Source: Amphiscolops sp. MND2022
Lineage: Eukaryota
Assembly: GCA_964187785.1 (NCBI GenBank)
Contig: OZ076409.1
Coordinates: 99,140,001 to 99,204,000, forward strand
Length of the DNA: 64,000 bases
Direction: 5' to 3'
Made by a program: the position numbers and the translations under genes. The notes under the pieces are model-generated. The model worked only from the letters and a program-made list of their open reading frames with translations, did no database searches and was not told where the DNA came from. The stretch's first letter is position 1. Every line of letters starts with the position of its first letter. This document shows positions 63,354 through 64,000 of the stretch, one piece after another.

Positions 63354-63531
63354 TGGTAGTGAAACAATCTATTCGGAGAGTGAGGTTTCTGAAGACGAAT
63401 CTCTACATAGTTCAGATGAGGATTTTATCGACGATTCGGAACATGAAACTTCAGAGAGCGAAGATGAAGTTTATCTCCCCCCAAAACGGAAGCGGAGAAA
63501 TATAGAAATTATTATAAAAATAGAAAAATGA
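63343..63531 (+). CDS. Small acidic Ser/Glu/Asp protein with NLS-like tail
   Basis: SDEDFIDDSE acidic tract, PPKRKRR; TAAATG start. Confidence 0.6.
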   Translation: MTDSGSETIYSESEVSEDESLHSSDEDFIDDSEHETSESEDEVYLPPKRKRRNIEIIIKIEK

Positions 63532-63562
63532 AAAAACAATTGAATAAAAATTTATATAGTAA

Positions 63563-63868
63563 ATGGATGAAACATATCATAGGAAATATTGTGAAGCTTG
63601 TGATAAACAAGTTCACACATCATCGTTTGCAAAGCATCTGAAGTCTAAAATTCATTTACAGAAAAATGTAGGTGTAATCCCACAAAAACCCAGAGTTCTA
63701 CTAGCAGTGGAAGAACAACAAGAACCTAGAGTTCTACCAGCAGTGGAAGAACAACAAGAACCTAGAGTTCTACCAGTAGTGGAAGAACAACAACAACCTC
63801 GATCTCGACCTATCCCCCCAAAACGGAATCGGAGAAATATAGAAATTATTATAAAAATAGAAAAATAG
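63563..63868 (+). CDS. Chimeric C2H2 zinc-finger protein with 12-aa repeats
   Basis: YCEAC...KHLKSKIH finger, (PRVLPAVEEQQE) x3, tail copied from the upstream ORF. Confidence 0.6.
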   Translation: MDETYHRKYCEACDKQVHTSSFAKHLKSKIHLQKNVGVIPQKPRVLLAVEEQQEPRVLPAVEEQQEPRVLPVVEEQQQPRSRPIPPKRNRRNIEIIIKIEK

Positions 63869-63900
63869 AAAAAACAATTGAATAAAAATTTATATAGTAA

Positions 63901-64000
63901 ATGAACACAACGAATACCAAATATTGTGAAGTGTGTGATAAACACATTCACACAGCATCCTTCTCGAGACATGAGAAATCTAAAATTCATTTACACAATA
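63901..64000 (+). CDS. Start of a C2H2 zinc-finger ORF truncated by the window end
   Basis: MNTTNTKYCEVCDKHIHTASFSRHEKSKIHLHN; paralogous to the N-terminus of ORF 63563. Confidence 0.65.
   Translation, partial: MNTTNTKYCEVCDKHIHTASFSRHEKSKIHLHN

Larger units (their letters stand above)
52756..64000 (+). mobile_element. Endogenous Polinton/Maverick (adintovirus-like) element, left part; right end outside the window
   Basis: Starts with AGTAGT (typical Polinton terminus), abruptly truncating a host repeat; dense intronless AT-rich ORFs for protease, penton, ATPase, integrase and capsid. Polymerase, right TIR and TSD (candidate GACTTC) cannot be seen. Confidence 0.92.

Noticed and set aside
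56210..63990. Minus-strand ORFs overlapping Polinton genes (56210, 56358, 59549, 60114, 60835, 63652)
   Set aside because: Antisense shadows of plus-strand genes with no recognisable motifs.

Overview
Eukaryotic (metazoan-type, AT-rich, repeat-dense) genomic DNA with three main parts. (1) A complete 10-exon nuclear SDHA gene (succinate dehydrogenase flavoprotein) on the minus strand, 10947-52620, splicing by my count to 1983 nt / 660 aa. Its exons are uniformly about 200 nt, all nine introns sit at AG|GT, and eight are phase 1. (2) Its 27.6-kb first coding intron holds a ~24.4-kb tandem array of ~24 units of ~1.03 kb, with higher-order structure. (3) From 52756, 135 bp upstream of the SDHA ATG, to the window end lies the left ~11 kb of an endogenous Polinton/Maverick (adintovirus-like) element. 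It has an AGTAGT terminus, adenain-type protease, minor capsid, Zn-finger-fused packaging ATPase, frameshifted integrase and disrupted major capsid. 13 of its 16 ORFs start at TAAATG, and a hairpin array separates ATPase and integrase. The first 25 kb also has two putative exons of a UBE4B-like gene, many Helentron/DINE-like elements, MITEs, Tc1 remnants and a tRNA-derived SINE. All family assignments come from motif recognition; no searches were run.
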